Origin: Fimbriosthenelais zetlandica | Taxonomy: Eukaryota | NCBI GenBank assembly: GCA_977030845.1 | Contig: OZ365110.1 | Coordinates: 32,550,001 to 32,614,000 of the forward strand | DNA: 64,000 bases | Direction: 5' to 3' | Part shown: one piece after another, positions 50,362-64,000 of the stretch | Position numbering within the stretch: position 1 is the stretch's first letter | Layout: every line of letters starts with the position of its first letter | Made by a program: the position numbers and the translations under genes | Notes under the pieces: model-generated | Seen by the model: the letters and a program-made list of their open reading frames with translations, nothing else | What the model was told of the DNA's origin: nothing | The model's database searches: none

Positions 50362-52910
50362 ATGGGCAAAAAAAGAAAGCAGGTCGCTGTTGTTGAGAAA
50401 GTTGATACTCAGGAAAATCTTCCTCCCGTCAGATCATCGGATGAACCTGCACCCAAAAAGGTAAAATGTTTATTTTGGCTTGTAAATGTGTTTGTTTTCG
50501 ATCCACGTGTGGCTCGAGCGATAATAGGGGTTTTCACCCATTGAAAGTGAGGTTAACGTCCTGTGGTCATTTTAATTGATGATCTTTCGGAATATTTAAA
50601 CGATAAAACTGAAAGATATTTTTCATCAGACGGATAATTAAGTGTAAAAGATAAAGTATAATTTTCGAGGCGAATCTTACCAGACTAACCAGTCCCATGA
50701 TTTTGCCTGTGCTGTGGAAATTTACAATTACTTAGGCTATAATAATAGGTTAATATTAATAGGCCTAATATAAATCTATGTTATGCCTTATGGTTTTCTT
50801 GGTCATTTTCAGCCCAAATGGAGCAACAAAGAAAGAGTTCTGGTTTTCTCCTCACGGGGTATATCTTTCCGAGACAGGCATCTAATGCAAGACTTCAAGG
50901 CCATGATGCCCCACAGCAAAGGAGGTAAGTAAAAAAAAATATACCAAAATTTGAACATTTTGCTTTTACTGAAGATCTTGTTCTAAACATAATTTATTTG
51001 TTTTATAGAGACAAAGATGGATCGAAAAGACAAACTGATGGTAATCAATGAGGTATGCACATATTTTCTGAAATGATTTTCACTGCAATTTCATAAGTAT
51101 TTTCTGTACATTTACACATAGGAAACTTTCATAAAATATAATTCTTTTATAAATATACTGGTTTTTGCGATCCTACATTTAGGTATGTCTTCATTTCAGA
51201 TAGCAGAAATGAAAAATTGCACAAAGTGCATCTACTTAGAAGCCAAAAAGAAGCAAGATCTTTACATGTGGTAGGTATAACATTTCAGTCTATTCTTTGA
51301 TACATGAAATGTTTGTCCTATGATATGTATAATTTCCTATGGCTATATTCAGATAACTGACTGACTTCGGACCTCAGTAAATATGAACATTTTCAGTGAA
51401 ACAATAATGTATCTTTTCACTTGCAGGGTCGCAAATATTACCAAAGGACCATCTGCTAAATTCCTGGTGGAAAATGGTGAGTAATTTTGCCACTAGCACT
51501 AAAAAGCATTGAACATTTCTATACTGCTAGGGACTTGGTGACTTTCAAACAACATATATTTGGTTTACAACTTTATTTTTATATGGATTTCGATCATACA
51601 CATGCGATTTCAGTGTGATTTCTGTCGAGAGGATCCAATTCTTAGCTTAAGATTTTAAACAATTATTTCTAGTGCATACCATGATGGAATTAAAGATGAC
51701 TGGCAACTGCCTTAAAGGCACACGTCCACTTCTTTCATTCGACAAGGTGAGAATGTTCTTACAGACTTTACGCGAACGAATAATTTATATACAATATTGT
51801 GAATTTATATATTAAAAAAAAAAAAAAAAATTTCTGACAAAATATAAAATAGTTATACTTATGTCTATTAGTATGTTGAATATTTTAATTTGTGTTTCCA
51901 GACATTTGATACCACACCTCACTGGTCCCTCCTCAAAGAGCTGTTCATTCAGGTAAGAGAGTTGTATTACTTAACAAACAATTTAATCAAAGCAGTATTT
52001 ATTCAAAATTGAAAATTAGATCTAGACTTAGGGGTTTTTTCTGTCTATTGAAAAGGCTTTCCTTTTCCTTTACTGTTTCCTTAGCATTTATAACTGGCCT
52101 GAATTTCTAATTTCAAATTCTAAAATTTTAAATTATAATTTATAGGCTAACTATCCTCACATAAATTTTATAACTGCTAATTTTACCAATGTTCATGCTA
52201 AATTAAATTACTTGGTTATAAAAACTCAAAAATTGTTTTCTAGGTCTTTGGCACGCCCAATTATCACCCCAAGAGTCAGCCGTTCGTCGACCATGTGTTC
52301 ACCTTCACAATAGCTGATGAGAGAATATGGTTCCGTAACTACCAAATTCTACAAGAAAACGGCGAACTAGCAGAGATAGGTGAGACAAGTATTAGATTTA
52401 CAATTTTATTCATTAGGCTATGGGACTTCATTTAGAAATTTTATACCGGTAAATATCCCAAAATGTGGAGAACAGAATAAAAGCAATTAATTATATGTTA
52501 ATAAGACAGTGCTTGAGTTCTCCTTTGATGGAATCTTGGTTCATATCTACTCATACATAATGCTTCTCTTACACATTTCTCAAGTCGTCCTTAATTTTCC
52601 AGGCCCAAGAATGGTCCTCAATCCCATACGTATATTTGAAGGAAGTTTTGGAGGAACTACGTTATATCAGAATCCTAAATATTTCTCGCCAAACGAAGTG
52701 AGTTAATATATGGAAAATCCTAAATAATTATCTTCTCTAGTTAATCTGAAGCAATCATGTTCAGATAGCCACACAACTATTGGAATTCCTTTTGAATTTA
52801 ATGGAATTATATTCTTTTTTTAAACCACTAAATTCGTTTTTATGTTAAATGCATATGTTATCGTGTTAACAACATTTATGGGACATAATGCTCTTTTAGG
52901 CAAAGCCGTA

Positions 52911-52944
<34 letters not shown>

Positions 52945-53139
52945 GGATATGTACATAATTTACAATGCCATTACTTATGATTTTAACAATATTTTCAGAT
53001 TCGACGAGCCATGAAGAGGCAAAAAGGATTTAAATATCAGAATAAGATAGCAGCTCAGAAATCTCTAGAAGCAAGAAGGGCTGAAGACACTGTCACATAC
53101 GCAATCGACCCTACCGAAGAAGTCTTTGATACACAATAG
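50362..53139 (+). CDS. BRIX1: Ribosome biogenesis protein BRX1 homolog; 10 coding exons, 290 aa
   Basis: Exons (plus): 50362-50460, 50813-50924, 51009-51052, 51200-51270, 51427-51476, 51673-51746, 51902-51952, 52244-52379, 52603-52697, 52999-53139 (291 codons). Brix-family motifs: KWSNKERVLVFSSRGIS, MMPHSK, GPSAKFLVEN, ELKMTGNCLKGTRPLLSFD, HPKSQPFVDHVFTF, RIWFRNYQI, EIGPRMVLNPIRIFEGSFGG. Confidence 0.96.
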
Positions 53140-53690
53140 TGGAATGTGAATATAAATTGGACAAGATAGAAGAAATTGGACAGGAATTGACAAGAAACCA
53201 ATGTAGAAATCACAGCTAGGGAAAAATAAAATCCCTAATCAAAAATTGGGTAAGCAGAATGACCTAATGTTCATTTCTTCAATAGCCTCTAAGATAAATT
53301 TCCTAGCCTTTATTATATTTTTGAGAATATCATGTATATAATCCTGTTTATTAAATAAATAGTAATACTTATATGCAAAACAAATATCTTGGCGTTGCGA
53401 GATAGCAAGGCTTGTCCTTGACCTCTGAAAAGCTAGCCTATTTATCTAGTATAGCCGAAACCAAGCAAAGGAGACCTTCCCTTGGTCCTAGAGTGTGGCG
53501 CCATCTAGTGGTAAACTACCGCAACTTGGCAAAACGCCAGGTGGCGGCACCGTTTATGTCCCTTCGGAATCCGCGATTTTTGCTCGATGATCCGCCTGCC
53601 AAGATAGACTGGTCCCCACGCAGCGCCACATAAGCGTAGTGGTAGCTCGGGGAACCAGTGTACTGCCAAGGGAGGAAAAAACAGACCCAC

Positions 53691-53752
53691 AACGTAGATT
53701 CGAACCCGGGAGTTTCGTGTTCTAAGCCAACGCGCTTACCCACTGAGCTCCC
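53691..53752 (-). pseudogene. tRNA-like SINE head
   Basis: GGGAGCTCAGTGGGTAAGCGCG...CCCGGGTTCGAATC; the anticodon and acceptor arms are broken. Confidence 0.5.
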
Positions 53753-56700
53753 AAATCATGCCTTCCAGTAGAAGTTTTAAGTTACAGTCTAGGCCTGTAA
53801 TCCGAATGTGAAATTCAGAAAATAAGACAAGCCTAGTAAATAATTCTATTTATTTTTATTCAGTGACTGGCAGGTCCACTTTACTCAATTTGTATACAAA
53901 TTAATAACGACCTTCGATATTATGCGAGATCTAATGATAGGAAGGTCTAATCTGATTATTTCTAGAATCACAATATTTGGGACAGAAAGTCATGGTTTTA
54001 TACTTTTTTCATCATATTTTTTTTTCGTTCGTAATAACTACATGACAAACATTATACACGAAGATCTCCTACATACAAATGCAAACAATAAAGACATCTA
54101 AATAGAAGAGTCGGCGGGAACCATAACGACAGACAAAACATTACCTAGATTCTATAGTTAGTTTCGGATGCTTTACACTCGTTATTTTGTGCACGAGAAA
54201 TAGAAAATGTAAATAGTTTTAGTCATCGATCATTCGGGAGAAATTCAAAATGATAAGTGAAGATAGAGCTGCTAGAACAAAAATTTATGACGCGTTTGAT
54301 ATAGAAATTAAGTACTCAATGCTTTGTATAAAATCTAGCACGAGAGGATTAATTATATTTTTATATCGAGGAATGTGCTTGAGAATTAAAAGCAGCAAAC
54401 GTAAGTTAAGCCCAATATCTTTAATTTAAAAAGAAAAGTGCTCGTCCAGTTTTTCTCTAGGCCTACTATACTTTGACTCAAGGAGGGCCTCGTAGAATAT
54501 ATATGACCCACTGTGGTGGTGGGCACAGAATTTATATAACCCTTACAACTAATTCAGAGACCAAAATAAATTATCACAAATCTGCAAGGATCCAGGGACC
54601 AGTCTCCGAGACGAGTTTAAAAAATGGAGGTTTGTGCTTTGACTTTTTTAATATTACTTGCCAAAACACGAAGCCAGCCATTTCTTCTATATATGATTGA
54701 ATCTGAATTAGAATCTTGGCATATTTTAGAATATCCAGCCACGGAATGGACATTTCTTTCTTCACTAATTAATTAAGATTGATTAGATTTAATTAGTCCA
54801 CTAAGGGATATAGAATTCTGAATATAGTCCTATTCTCTATTCAAACCTACGTTCGACCCCATAGAAAAGAGTCCTCTCTCTGCAACTATTATCAGTAAAG
54901 CCAAAATTGTAAATATTGTTTTTAGATACAATTCAAAATGTGTCTGAGAAAATGCATCTATGTAATGTATCGATTCATTTCTAACATTGGAGTAAAGACC
55001 TTTTTGGCTACTGAGAATAATATTTGTTTTCTTATCGATTAATAATTAATCTAGGATGTATATCATCATATTATATAAGTAGTCTCTTATGTAATATATA
55101 TAATTAATACTCAAGTCACTGGACCATAGTATATATATGCATGGCCTTCCTCTTATAGCCAACTACTGATTTTTATATTCATAATAGAAAGAAGAATGTT
55201 TACCAAAGGAGTAAATATACACACAACAGTTGCCACGGATACAGAAACAACCCGAATAGAGACATGTAAATATGAATGAGCGTTGATTGTGAACTACTTT
55301 GTTTACTTTTCTGTCCATCCTCAGCATCGTTTTTAAGTGATTCAACAATGGGAACTCCTCTATAAATCTGAACTGTATTGCATCGGTTTAGCTTACAGAA
55401 TGCGTTGCATGAATGACAACCCAAGCGCATATTATAATATACCAGATATGCTGATTAGTACAAGGACTTATAGATATATATACAGCGGGCTGGAATAAAT
55501 AAAATAAATATCAATAACTTTTTTGAGGATTTCACACGAGTTGAATTGCCTCGGACCCATACATTAACGAAGAAATTAAAATCGACAACCAATGACAACC
55601 ATGCATGCATGTTGACCTTCTCAATAAAAAATAAGTACACCACGACCTTCTAGAACTGATAGAAAATTAATAATTATTAATCTCGTGTTTGTGAAATATC
55701 GCTAATAAATCAGTTCTTATTGCACTCATATATGAGAACGCCACTGGCTAGTCCTTTATGTCAATATTTACACTTTAAGTTTCTATACTGCTTCACAGAA
55801 GAGGAAACTTGACACCTTTCACGGTAATATCACTACTATAGTATAGATTCACTGAGGCCTTAAGAGCTTAAGACCACCGCACGACATCCCTTAGGAAAGT
55901 GTAATTTCTAAGAGATAATCTCCTACCGGTGGCGATTTCTGTTTTGAGTTGAACTTCTCATAAGACATTCTGTCTCGACTTGAGAAAGACATCTTAGGAC
56001 AATCGTAAGGGACATCTTAAAGACAATCTCATGCTCTTAAGATCCCAGTGGATCTGTGGCCTATGTCTGCATTCCACTCCAGTAATTCTCGTACAAATGC
56101 CCGTTATGTATCCAAATACATAAGCACAGAAAAAAAACAATCCAAAAGTTTTGACGGAAAGGAATTTGAATGTCTTACATCGAATAATGTGGAATATAAT
56201 TCGAAAATGGAATGTCACGAAACAACGAAGGTTATAATATCACTCTCTCTACGACAGAATGTCAACAAGCATTCTCAATTTGTCTTTATAAAAATAATCT
56301 CCATTTGACACTCTCTGGTAGTCTAGAATAATAATTGACTCATAATGATCGTTTGTATACATATAATATGACTGAGAACTTATATATGCCAAGGAGGAAT
56401 TGGCCTGCGGTTTTTAAGCCAAATATCCACTGAACCGATTTGCGACAAGGCGAAAACGGTCTTGGGGACATCGGGACTTCAGACATAATAATGAAATGGG
56501 ATGCGGGGTTAGAGGCAGGGGGGATAGGGAAAGAAACTGCTATATATACATGTACAAAAAAAATTGAGTTTGCAATTCAAAATGGAGTGGAACGGAGACA
56601 TGACCGTGTATGCAACGATCAGGTAATCAGATCCTATACAGATTATTACATATACATCTACCCTCCTCTCCTCACCAATTCTCTTCCTTCTCTTAAATCC

Positions 56701-57698
56701 AATTCAACTCTCCTTCTCCCCAAATCGAGATAAAAAACAAGAGAGGAGATTATTAATACACTGAATGATCGTCGTCCTCAAGAAAGTCACATCACTAAGT
56801 ACAGCGACTCAAAACTTTTTGTTTGTTTTTTGTTTTTCTCTCTCTCGGTGGGTGGTAAATGAGGATTTCAAAATATCATCAAAACAATGACTAGTCACAC
56901 TTTTGTTCATGTCCCTATAAAGGCACGGTAATGAGAAATTAAACCGTCTAAGATTTCTATAGATATAGATATATATTTAGATATATATTATGGTTATGAG
57001 ATGACTACTGCACTTGACCGAATATATATTATCATATTATATATAAACTTCATATTATTGGCCTTTCCTCTAAGTACATAATTATTTCAGAAACAGAAGA
57101 ACACACTGGGGGATTTGTTTTTCTTACTTATGATTACACATGACACAATTTATCATCTTTTTTTATCCATTTTTTCTTTTGTTTTTTGTTTTCTTTAGAC
57201 CATCTGCATGCAAGCTTAGACTGGTCAATAGCTCGGTTGGATTATTTTCATGGAAGTAAACAAGTTTTTCGCGAACTTGAAAGGAGCGATCTTCATCCTC
57301 TGGAGGTTTGACAGGTTGTGAGTATACATTATATATTACATTGCATCAAGCGGAATACAGTCCCTCCTCCCTCCTGTGTTCATATTATATAAAGACTGTA
57401 TAAATATCCACATATTCATACAACAAATCCTGCAAAAATGCCATTTTAAGTCAAATCAACACTTGCCATACGATCTTTTAAAATTGTTTCTTTGCAGGAA
57501 TTTCTTTTCTTGTATACAACACTTGGTGTTTTCTGTGTGTGTGTTTTTTCGTATTTTTGAGATCCCCACTCTTGGGAAGTTGAAGTATATTATATATTCA
57601 TTATAGATAATATACTTGTGGTTGGCAGTACATGTGCCTAGTATAAGCTAGGGACACTGTGTGTGTATGTATGTAAAGGGAGGTGCCTATAGTTGGAC

Positions 57699-59789
57699 CT
57701 AGGAACACTGTTGAATATTCTGTCCCTCCGCCACCTCGCCAATGAGGTCAATATGATAGTCTGTGGCCAGTGTGATATTGGAAACGCATCCTACAAAGCC
57801 ACTCCGGAATTTCTTTCGCGTTGACATAACGATGTCGTCCATCCCGCCTGGAATACAAGTGGTCTTTGATATATTTTTGTACGAAAAATCTTTTATTTGA
57901 GCACTTCGGTCCCTGAGGGCATTACCCTGTGAGAGAGCCCGAATGAGTTCATATTGATCCACATAATAATTATGATCATCTGTAATTTAAATTTTATTTT
58001 GAAACCATGGAATCAACTTTCATCATTGCGGACTTACCAACGTAGAGTTTGCTTTGTGTGTTGAGCTGTTTAAGTGTACCGGGAGATGTACCTTCAATTA
58101 CTTCTGTACCATCAATCTCCAAGTACCCAATACGTTCATATCTGAATAGCAAAAACAAAGACATTTTAAACATTTTATTTATGCAATTGTTCAATGGGGT
58201 TTAACGTTGCTTTCAATAACTTTTCAGTTATATCATGACAGTGCTTACTTGTGACAGTGAGCCCCATGCTCTTTTATAATGACGCCTTACTGAGGTATCA
58301 TGTCGCAGGCACATGAAACCCCACCCAGTCACATTATAATGACACCGGGTTGACCAGTCCTAGTACTGTCCTATTTTTGCCAAATATATGCCATCAGAAA
58401 ATAGCCATTTCCATATACCACTCACTATGAATGCCGGAGTCAATGTCCCATCTCCACATACTACTTACAAGAATAAACCTTCAGATGTCCCCCATTGTCA
58501 TGCATACTCATTCCCACACTGGGTGACCAAGTATAAATGAGTAACTGCTTAACATTCAGTTATCTCCGGACGAGATCATTTGGCTCTTCCAGTTAAACAA
58601 CTAGGAAACAGTCTGTCGGGACACAATGGGCAGGAATGGCCCTTTCAATCATGCCTCTCACAGCAGACAGTGGGAGACTTGGCTTAGTTATAATGTTTTG
58701 CAACCCTTTGCATAGACAATCATAATTGAAAATAGAAAGAATACCCATACGTATCTATTTCATGTTATTTGTTATTTACCCCTGGAAACAAGACGATTTT
58801 TTTTTTTGGAAGGGTGAGCTGGAGGGGTGGAGGGTGGCGGGGGGGGGACTATATGGGTACTGTTACAAGTAAAAAGTCTGACCTTTGGGCTCTGATCTTA
58901 TGCCATTTGCCATCATCTATACGGGATTCGTTATAAGTGATGATGACCTCGCCGCTTCCCAGGTTATAACTGAACTGGACATGGCCATCCTTGACCCCCA
59001 GAGCGAGGAAGTCACTGGAGGAGGTCATTTTTTCTTCACCCGTCCAGAAGATGAGACCCTCCGGGCCCATAGCTCGGATCCTCATTTGCACATCGATTTT
59101 TTTGCCTCGGACCCTTTGTAAAGTGAAGCATGACAAAGGTATGTTTAATATGGTAAATAGCGTGGCAGCTGACCATAAAACGGTGCGGAAAATCAATTGA
59201 AATGATAATAAATTATAATATTCAACTCCGACATATTGGATAATAGTATGGCATGCCAGTGTAGAACTGTAGATAATGGACAAAATGTATTTTTGAACCT
59301 AAACACCAATGTGCAAAAGGTGGTCGCAAAAAAACTGTTAATCTAATATTTAGATGTGGTATATTTCACCTTTATATTATCTGACAGAAAATCGATTTTC
59401 CCCCCAAATTTGTGCAAGGCAAAATGGGAAATTGTCACCACATTGCTAAGTAATTTTACCTTCTTTATTAACAGTGCAAGACATATTCAACTATGACTGG
59501 TAAATCTTTGCACCACCCATTTCACTCTGCCAGTAACCGATTTCTATCGTTTAGGTTTTATAGTGTCAGGAATGCATTGATTTAGGCCTACACTGAAAAT
59601 CAGTCGATGGTGGATAGGAAATGCATGTAGGCCCCTATACATACATGTATATGCTGGATATCTGAATGAATGCATGTTTTTTTTCGAACGCAACCTTTTT
59701 GAACTCTTACCTTTGCATTATGAATGGATCCACATAGGCCAAGTAGCTCTCTCCGGAGAACATTGGGGTTCGGATGGGGTCAGCAATCT
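57699..59789 (-). CDS. EGFLAM: Pikachurin (EGFLAM)-like protein, C-terminal laminin G domain exons; upstream part either outside the window or supplied by the candidate exon at 61151-61256
   Basis: Exons (minus): 59789-59711, 59113-58883, 58141-58038, 57847-57699. Translation ...PMFSGESYLAY..SDFLALGVKDGHVQFSYNLGSG..DDGKWHKIRAQR..SPGTLKQLN..LYVGGM..GFVGCVSNITLATDYHIDL..EGQNIQQCS* closely resembles the pikachurin LG3 C-terminus as I recall it (LYVGGM..VGCISHFTLSTDYHI). An agrin or perlecan paralogue is less likely. Confidence 0.8.
58238..58383 (-). mobile_element. Fragment of the same SINE family
   Basis: Shares ACTGAGGTATCATG.CGCAGGCACATGA and CAGTCACATTATAATGACACCGGGTTGACCAGTCC with the other copies. 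Confidence 0.7.
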
Positions 59790-61150
59790 CTGTATAATTT
59801 TACATTTACTTTATTTAATAACAGAACTTTGTATGTCTTTGATACGGGCAATATAAGGTAACATGCGTGCTGAAAGAAAACACACCTGGTGGAATAGGCA
59901 TTAGGAGATCCATATCTTCAGAGAAATCAATGTCGAATATCGATTAAATAGTAAAAAAATCTACCTCTGGGTGCTTTGGCACTAAGGTATAAGCTTCTAT
60001 TAAGGATTCGTTGATATAATCTATAATGGTTAATTGTGACTAAAATAAAGCGTGTTTGAGGTTTTCCGTGGATCTGAATACCCATTCCAGCCAGTAGGGA
60101 AGCAGTGTTGGCCCAATGCTACATATTCGAGAAAAAATACCGGTTGGTAAGGGAGCACAGAGGGCGGGTCTCTGCCAGGAGGGACCAGAGGGGGCTCGGC
60201 CAGGCACACTCGTTGAAAATCATTAGGTCACGAGCTGCTCAAATTGAACTCCTTCTCAGGGAAGCTGCTCAATATGGGCCACTCGTACCAAAGACGCGGG
60301 GCAACATGCTTACTTGATATATAGAGAGATAGATCCTAACCAAATGAATCTGAATACAGTATTATATCATTAATATATAGATACTCTTGAATCAGTACAA
60401 GCTAAGAAATTGAGCATAGTTATTACAAAGTGGACTGATCAACTGAGCCAGTGAAAGATCTATCCATGCGAGAATACAAGGCAAAAAGTCCATCATTATT
60501 TATATTTATCTATTGGGATGCATTAATTAATATTGATCGATTAGCATGATTATCATCACATCATAATGTGATTGCTTATCAGTTATATTCAAATTATTAT
60601 TCAGTATATAGGTTACAACATCGAGGAAATCACACAATTCCCTATAGAAAAGTGTGTGAAAGGACCTATAATCAGTAATATAGCCACTACGTGTAATTTA
60701 ATCATAATCATAACCATAGAGTCCATATCAGTGCAGATAGAGCTAGGAGATGGACTAATTCTGGAGGAGTTGGGAGGGAAGCCACTGTCTTATAGGTGGC
60801 CGTGAGAGTGTGGCTGGCTTGCCTTCCTCCGGTTTATGCCTGTCGGCATCACCCTTTGTTCACCCTTACCATCCCTACAGGGGATCTGGGGGCGAGGGGG
60901 TTATATGTTAGCACCCTAAAAATCGGGATGTCTCTTTGAGTGTGGTGTGGTGTGGCATGGAATTATGTCAGGTGTCTGGGCATGAGATATGAGGCGTATA
61001 TAAACATATAGATAGAGAGACTTGTGCAAAGTTTTAGTTCAAAAATAGATAACATGAGGACAAAGTGAACTGACACAGAAATGTCAAGAATAATAATATA
61101 GATATATAATATATATAGTTTGGCTGCAGTGGATGGAACCGAGCACATAC

Positions 61151-61256
61151 CTCTGCGGGCCTTCCCTTCATTTCCCACCACACGATGGCATGCAAGGCAA
61201 GTGAGGAAGTGAAACAAAATCAAGTGACAAGCATTAGTGTGGTGCAGGGAACACAT
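61151..61256 (-). CDS. Candidate signal-peptide-encoding first exon for a short EGFLAM-like isoform
   Basis: ATG at 61256 with an in-frame stop upstream encodes MCSLHHTNACHLILFHFLTCLACHRVVGNEGKARR. It ends at a GAG|GTATGT donor in phase 1, matching the phase-1 acceptor at 59789. A TATAAG lies near 61420. Confidence 0.45.
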
Positions 61257-61620
61257 CCAGGGTGGCGCCACCGTTCTCTGAGGGACACTTCTCCCGGGTG
61301 AGAGGGAGTAAGGACGGTGTGTCCCCCTAGTGAGCCAGGTTGAGCGATGCTAGCGCCATCAGTGGCAGCAGCAGCAAAACACGAGGAGCAGTGGTGGCAG
61401 AGTCACGATTGGACCATACTTATACGTGGTGGGGGACGGGTAGAGGAACAGCCATATATGCTGATATTCCTCTCTCTAAATTCATCACACATCCTCTATC
61501 TATTAACCATTTCCCCCCCTTTCAAAGAATAGAAATACCATCCCCAAATCGCTACCTTTTATTTTATTTTAAAATTTCAATATACCTACTTGATAATTAT
61601 TAGCCAATAGTTACCCAATA

Positions 61621-61802
61621 ACAGTGGAGTCTCACTAGAGCGACCACCCTCGATTGAATGAAGTGTGTCCGGAAAAGAGGATAGTCGCCTTAGTGAGTAT
61701 GTCATAGTGGTGTTAATGAAATTTGGTTCTGACCATTTGGTGGAGGAATTATAGCGAGATGATCGTTTAAATGAGGTGGTCGTTAAGCGAGACTCCACTG
61801 TA
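61621..61802. mobile_element. Tigger/pogo-like MITE; left-end fragment also at 34724-34800
   Basis: TIRs ACAGTGGAGTCTCACTAGAGCGACCACC and GGTGGTCGTTAAGCGAGACTCCACTGTA. Confidence 0.8.
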
Positions 61803-64000
61803 TATGGGATATATTTATTTATTATTAAGAGAACCAAATAGAATGGTTAGTATATTTTGAAGGTTGTTATTATAATATATTTTTAAAAATAATTAATTTT
61901 TTCCTTCCCCGGTTTGTTGTAACTGCATGGAAACCGTCAGCATATATATCCTGTCCTCTACCCTCACAATGCGCCACAAAGCAACAGCAACACCAACAGC
62001 GGAATGACCAACAGCAACAACAAAACAACAACCACAACCACAAATTCCCTGCAAATCCATTCGCATCCATTTCCTTATCACATACATTCATTCCATACAT
62101 TCATTCATCAAAGTGATATCATAATGATATGGCTGTTATAGTGCCATATCACGGTGTCGCGGTGTAGATATTAAATTGTCAAAAAAGCATGTGTTTAGTA
62201 CAAAAAGATGCATGGAAAGCTGCGAGGCAAGCAATGGCATATAAAAGGACAACAAGAGCATTAGCATTAGACTAATGGGTATAAAAATTGACATTATCGT
62301 GCTTAGAGATTGTATTGAACGAGGCCGGGCGGATTCAGAAAATTAGTGGACATTAATTAGAGATCTATAGAGAGATATCCCTTTGTGCTCCAAAAATGGA
62401 TCGGAAAACGTAAAGATTTGATCGAAAAACGTAAAGATTTTTCCCTTCAAACTGTATAATACTGAAACTGAAGGTTTCTATCTAAAAGCTCAACTGATGT
62501 GTTTCCAGGGATTAGCGAGGCTTGATAATGGGAAATAAATTATTGCATGAAATATGTAAGGGTGTCAAATGAATCCTAGACAGACTGAGGGGGTTGCTTC
62601 AATAATTGATGTTCCCAAAGCTCGGAGGCCAAGTCGTAAAAGTTATCTATAGGCCCGCTCTCATCACTCTCTTCACCAGCCGATGAATCAGGTACTTATT
62701 TTTGCTCGGGAGTTAAGAAGGAAAAATAGCTGGTAATTAAAGTGCTATTGTTTGCAGTTAAAAGCCCTTTTCGTCTAAAATTTCAAAGCGTCTAAGAACT
62801 AATGGGAAATTTTGAGATGCAGCTAAAGAATCGAGCAAAGGAAATGACAGAGGGTATAATATATTTCATGATGCACAGCATCAAGGGATAAGATCTAAGT
62901 GTTTACAGGCCTCCAAATTTTAGCGTAGAAAACACAAGAATAAAATTGTTATCCGGAAAAATAGTGTCAATAGTGTTAAGTCTGTGGTACCAATATTTAT
63001 ACACGAAACATACTGTAAATTGCTAGTTAAGTTTTATCTGAAAGTTTTGGATATCAATCGAAAAGATATAAAATATTATTTAATGCCTGTCTTGAATTAT
63101 GAAAAAAAGGAAAATTTTCGGTCTAAAAACACAAAATACGGGAATCGTTTCAAAAATCGAAAAAATGGAGGAATTAAAATAAATAGTTGGGAGGCCTGGT
63201 TTAAAATATTTCAAAACTATTATTTATATCTCAGAATATAATTTGGATTGTTTAAATTTGACGGTGGACAATTTGGAGAACGGTTTGAGGCGGCCAGGCG
63301 GATATAGTGTCCTCGACGGACATGCGTGTGACATGCCAAAAGACCACGTGGACAAACCACCACCATATAGAGAGATAAATATATAATATATCAAACCAAA
63401 GCAGTTTTGCCTTAAGTATAGAGAATATATATAGATATATGAGGATGCCTATTGTCAGAGGTACGATCAAACCAAATATATAGCACACGTGTGCGAGGGT
63501 TGGGGGGTTGTGCAACTCTTGTGAAAACTAGAACACTCTTAAGCGTGAGCTTGCCATCTTCATCACCTGGTGATTCGGTGACGTTTTGACCTCTCCTAGA
63601 TCGCGCAAAATGAAATCGAGAGCGATCCAAAACCTCTGCAGTAGCCGTGAACATGAACAGAAATGAGTTAAACAGGAACGTGACTAATAAGCCGGAGGAA
63701 TAATAATAAATTTTCTTGATATTAATTCGCTTTTTTTCACTTTGGGGAGAAAAAAGGCAAAGAACAAATGGAAGTTAATATATTATGTACAAAGAAAGAA
63801 TCATTCGAGGCTGGTGGTGATGGTGGGGGAGAGCAAAAAATGAGGGCAAAGATGATCGAGCAGGAATCCCTTCTCTTCACTGTCCAAAATTGCTTTGATA
63901 AATGGAGACGAAGCTGAAAAACTTGGCTGACTGACGAAACTGCACAAACGGACACGCAGAACTTAAAGGTTGAAAATTCCAAACTTCTTTCAAGTGGAAA

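Noticed and set aside
57848-57979. 5' extension of the last LamG exon (ORF-track DQYELIRALSQG...)
   Set aside because: It would need a 58-nt intron and would break LYVGG. The acceptor at 57847 restores the motif.
60090-60320. Missing EGF-domain exon of the pikachurin-like gene
   Set aside because: No frame has EGF cysteine spacing or a phase-1 donor.

Overview
AT-rich, intron-rich animal genomic DNA, most likely an invertebrate deuterostome (echinoderm-like; inferred from gene architecture and repeat style, not proven). I reconstructed five multi-exon protein-coding genes by hand, and splice phases are consistent throughout. They are: ALDH18A1/P5CS (minus, 13072-19565, 13 exons), SERAC1 (minus, 22933-29553, 15 exons), GPAM/GPAT1 (minus, 35598-48753, 21 exons), BRIX1 (plus, 50362-53139, 10 exons, head-to-head with GPAM) and the C-terminal laminin-G exons of EGFLAM/pikachurin (minus, 57699-59789). 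Introns and spacers carry MITEs, tRNA-derived SINEs, minisatellites and one assembly gap. The left 11 kb has no gene I can identify. The most interesting signals concern splice sites. A 30-bp in-frame minisatellite multiplies a GPAM 5' splice site, and a 32-33-bp array multiplies the P5CS start-exon 3' splice site. P5CS also has twin in-frame AG|GTGAGT donors. A candidate signal-peptide exon would give a secreted single-LamG pikachurin. Other signals are a duplicated promoter-like unit leading into an unknown spliced ORF, CTCF-like motif clusters and twin perfect palindromes.
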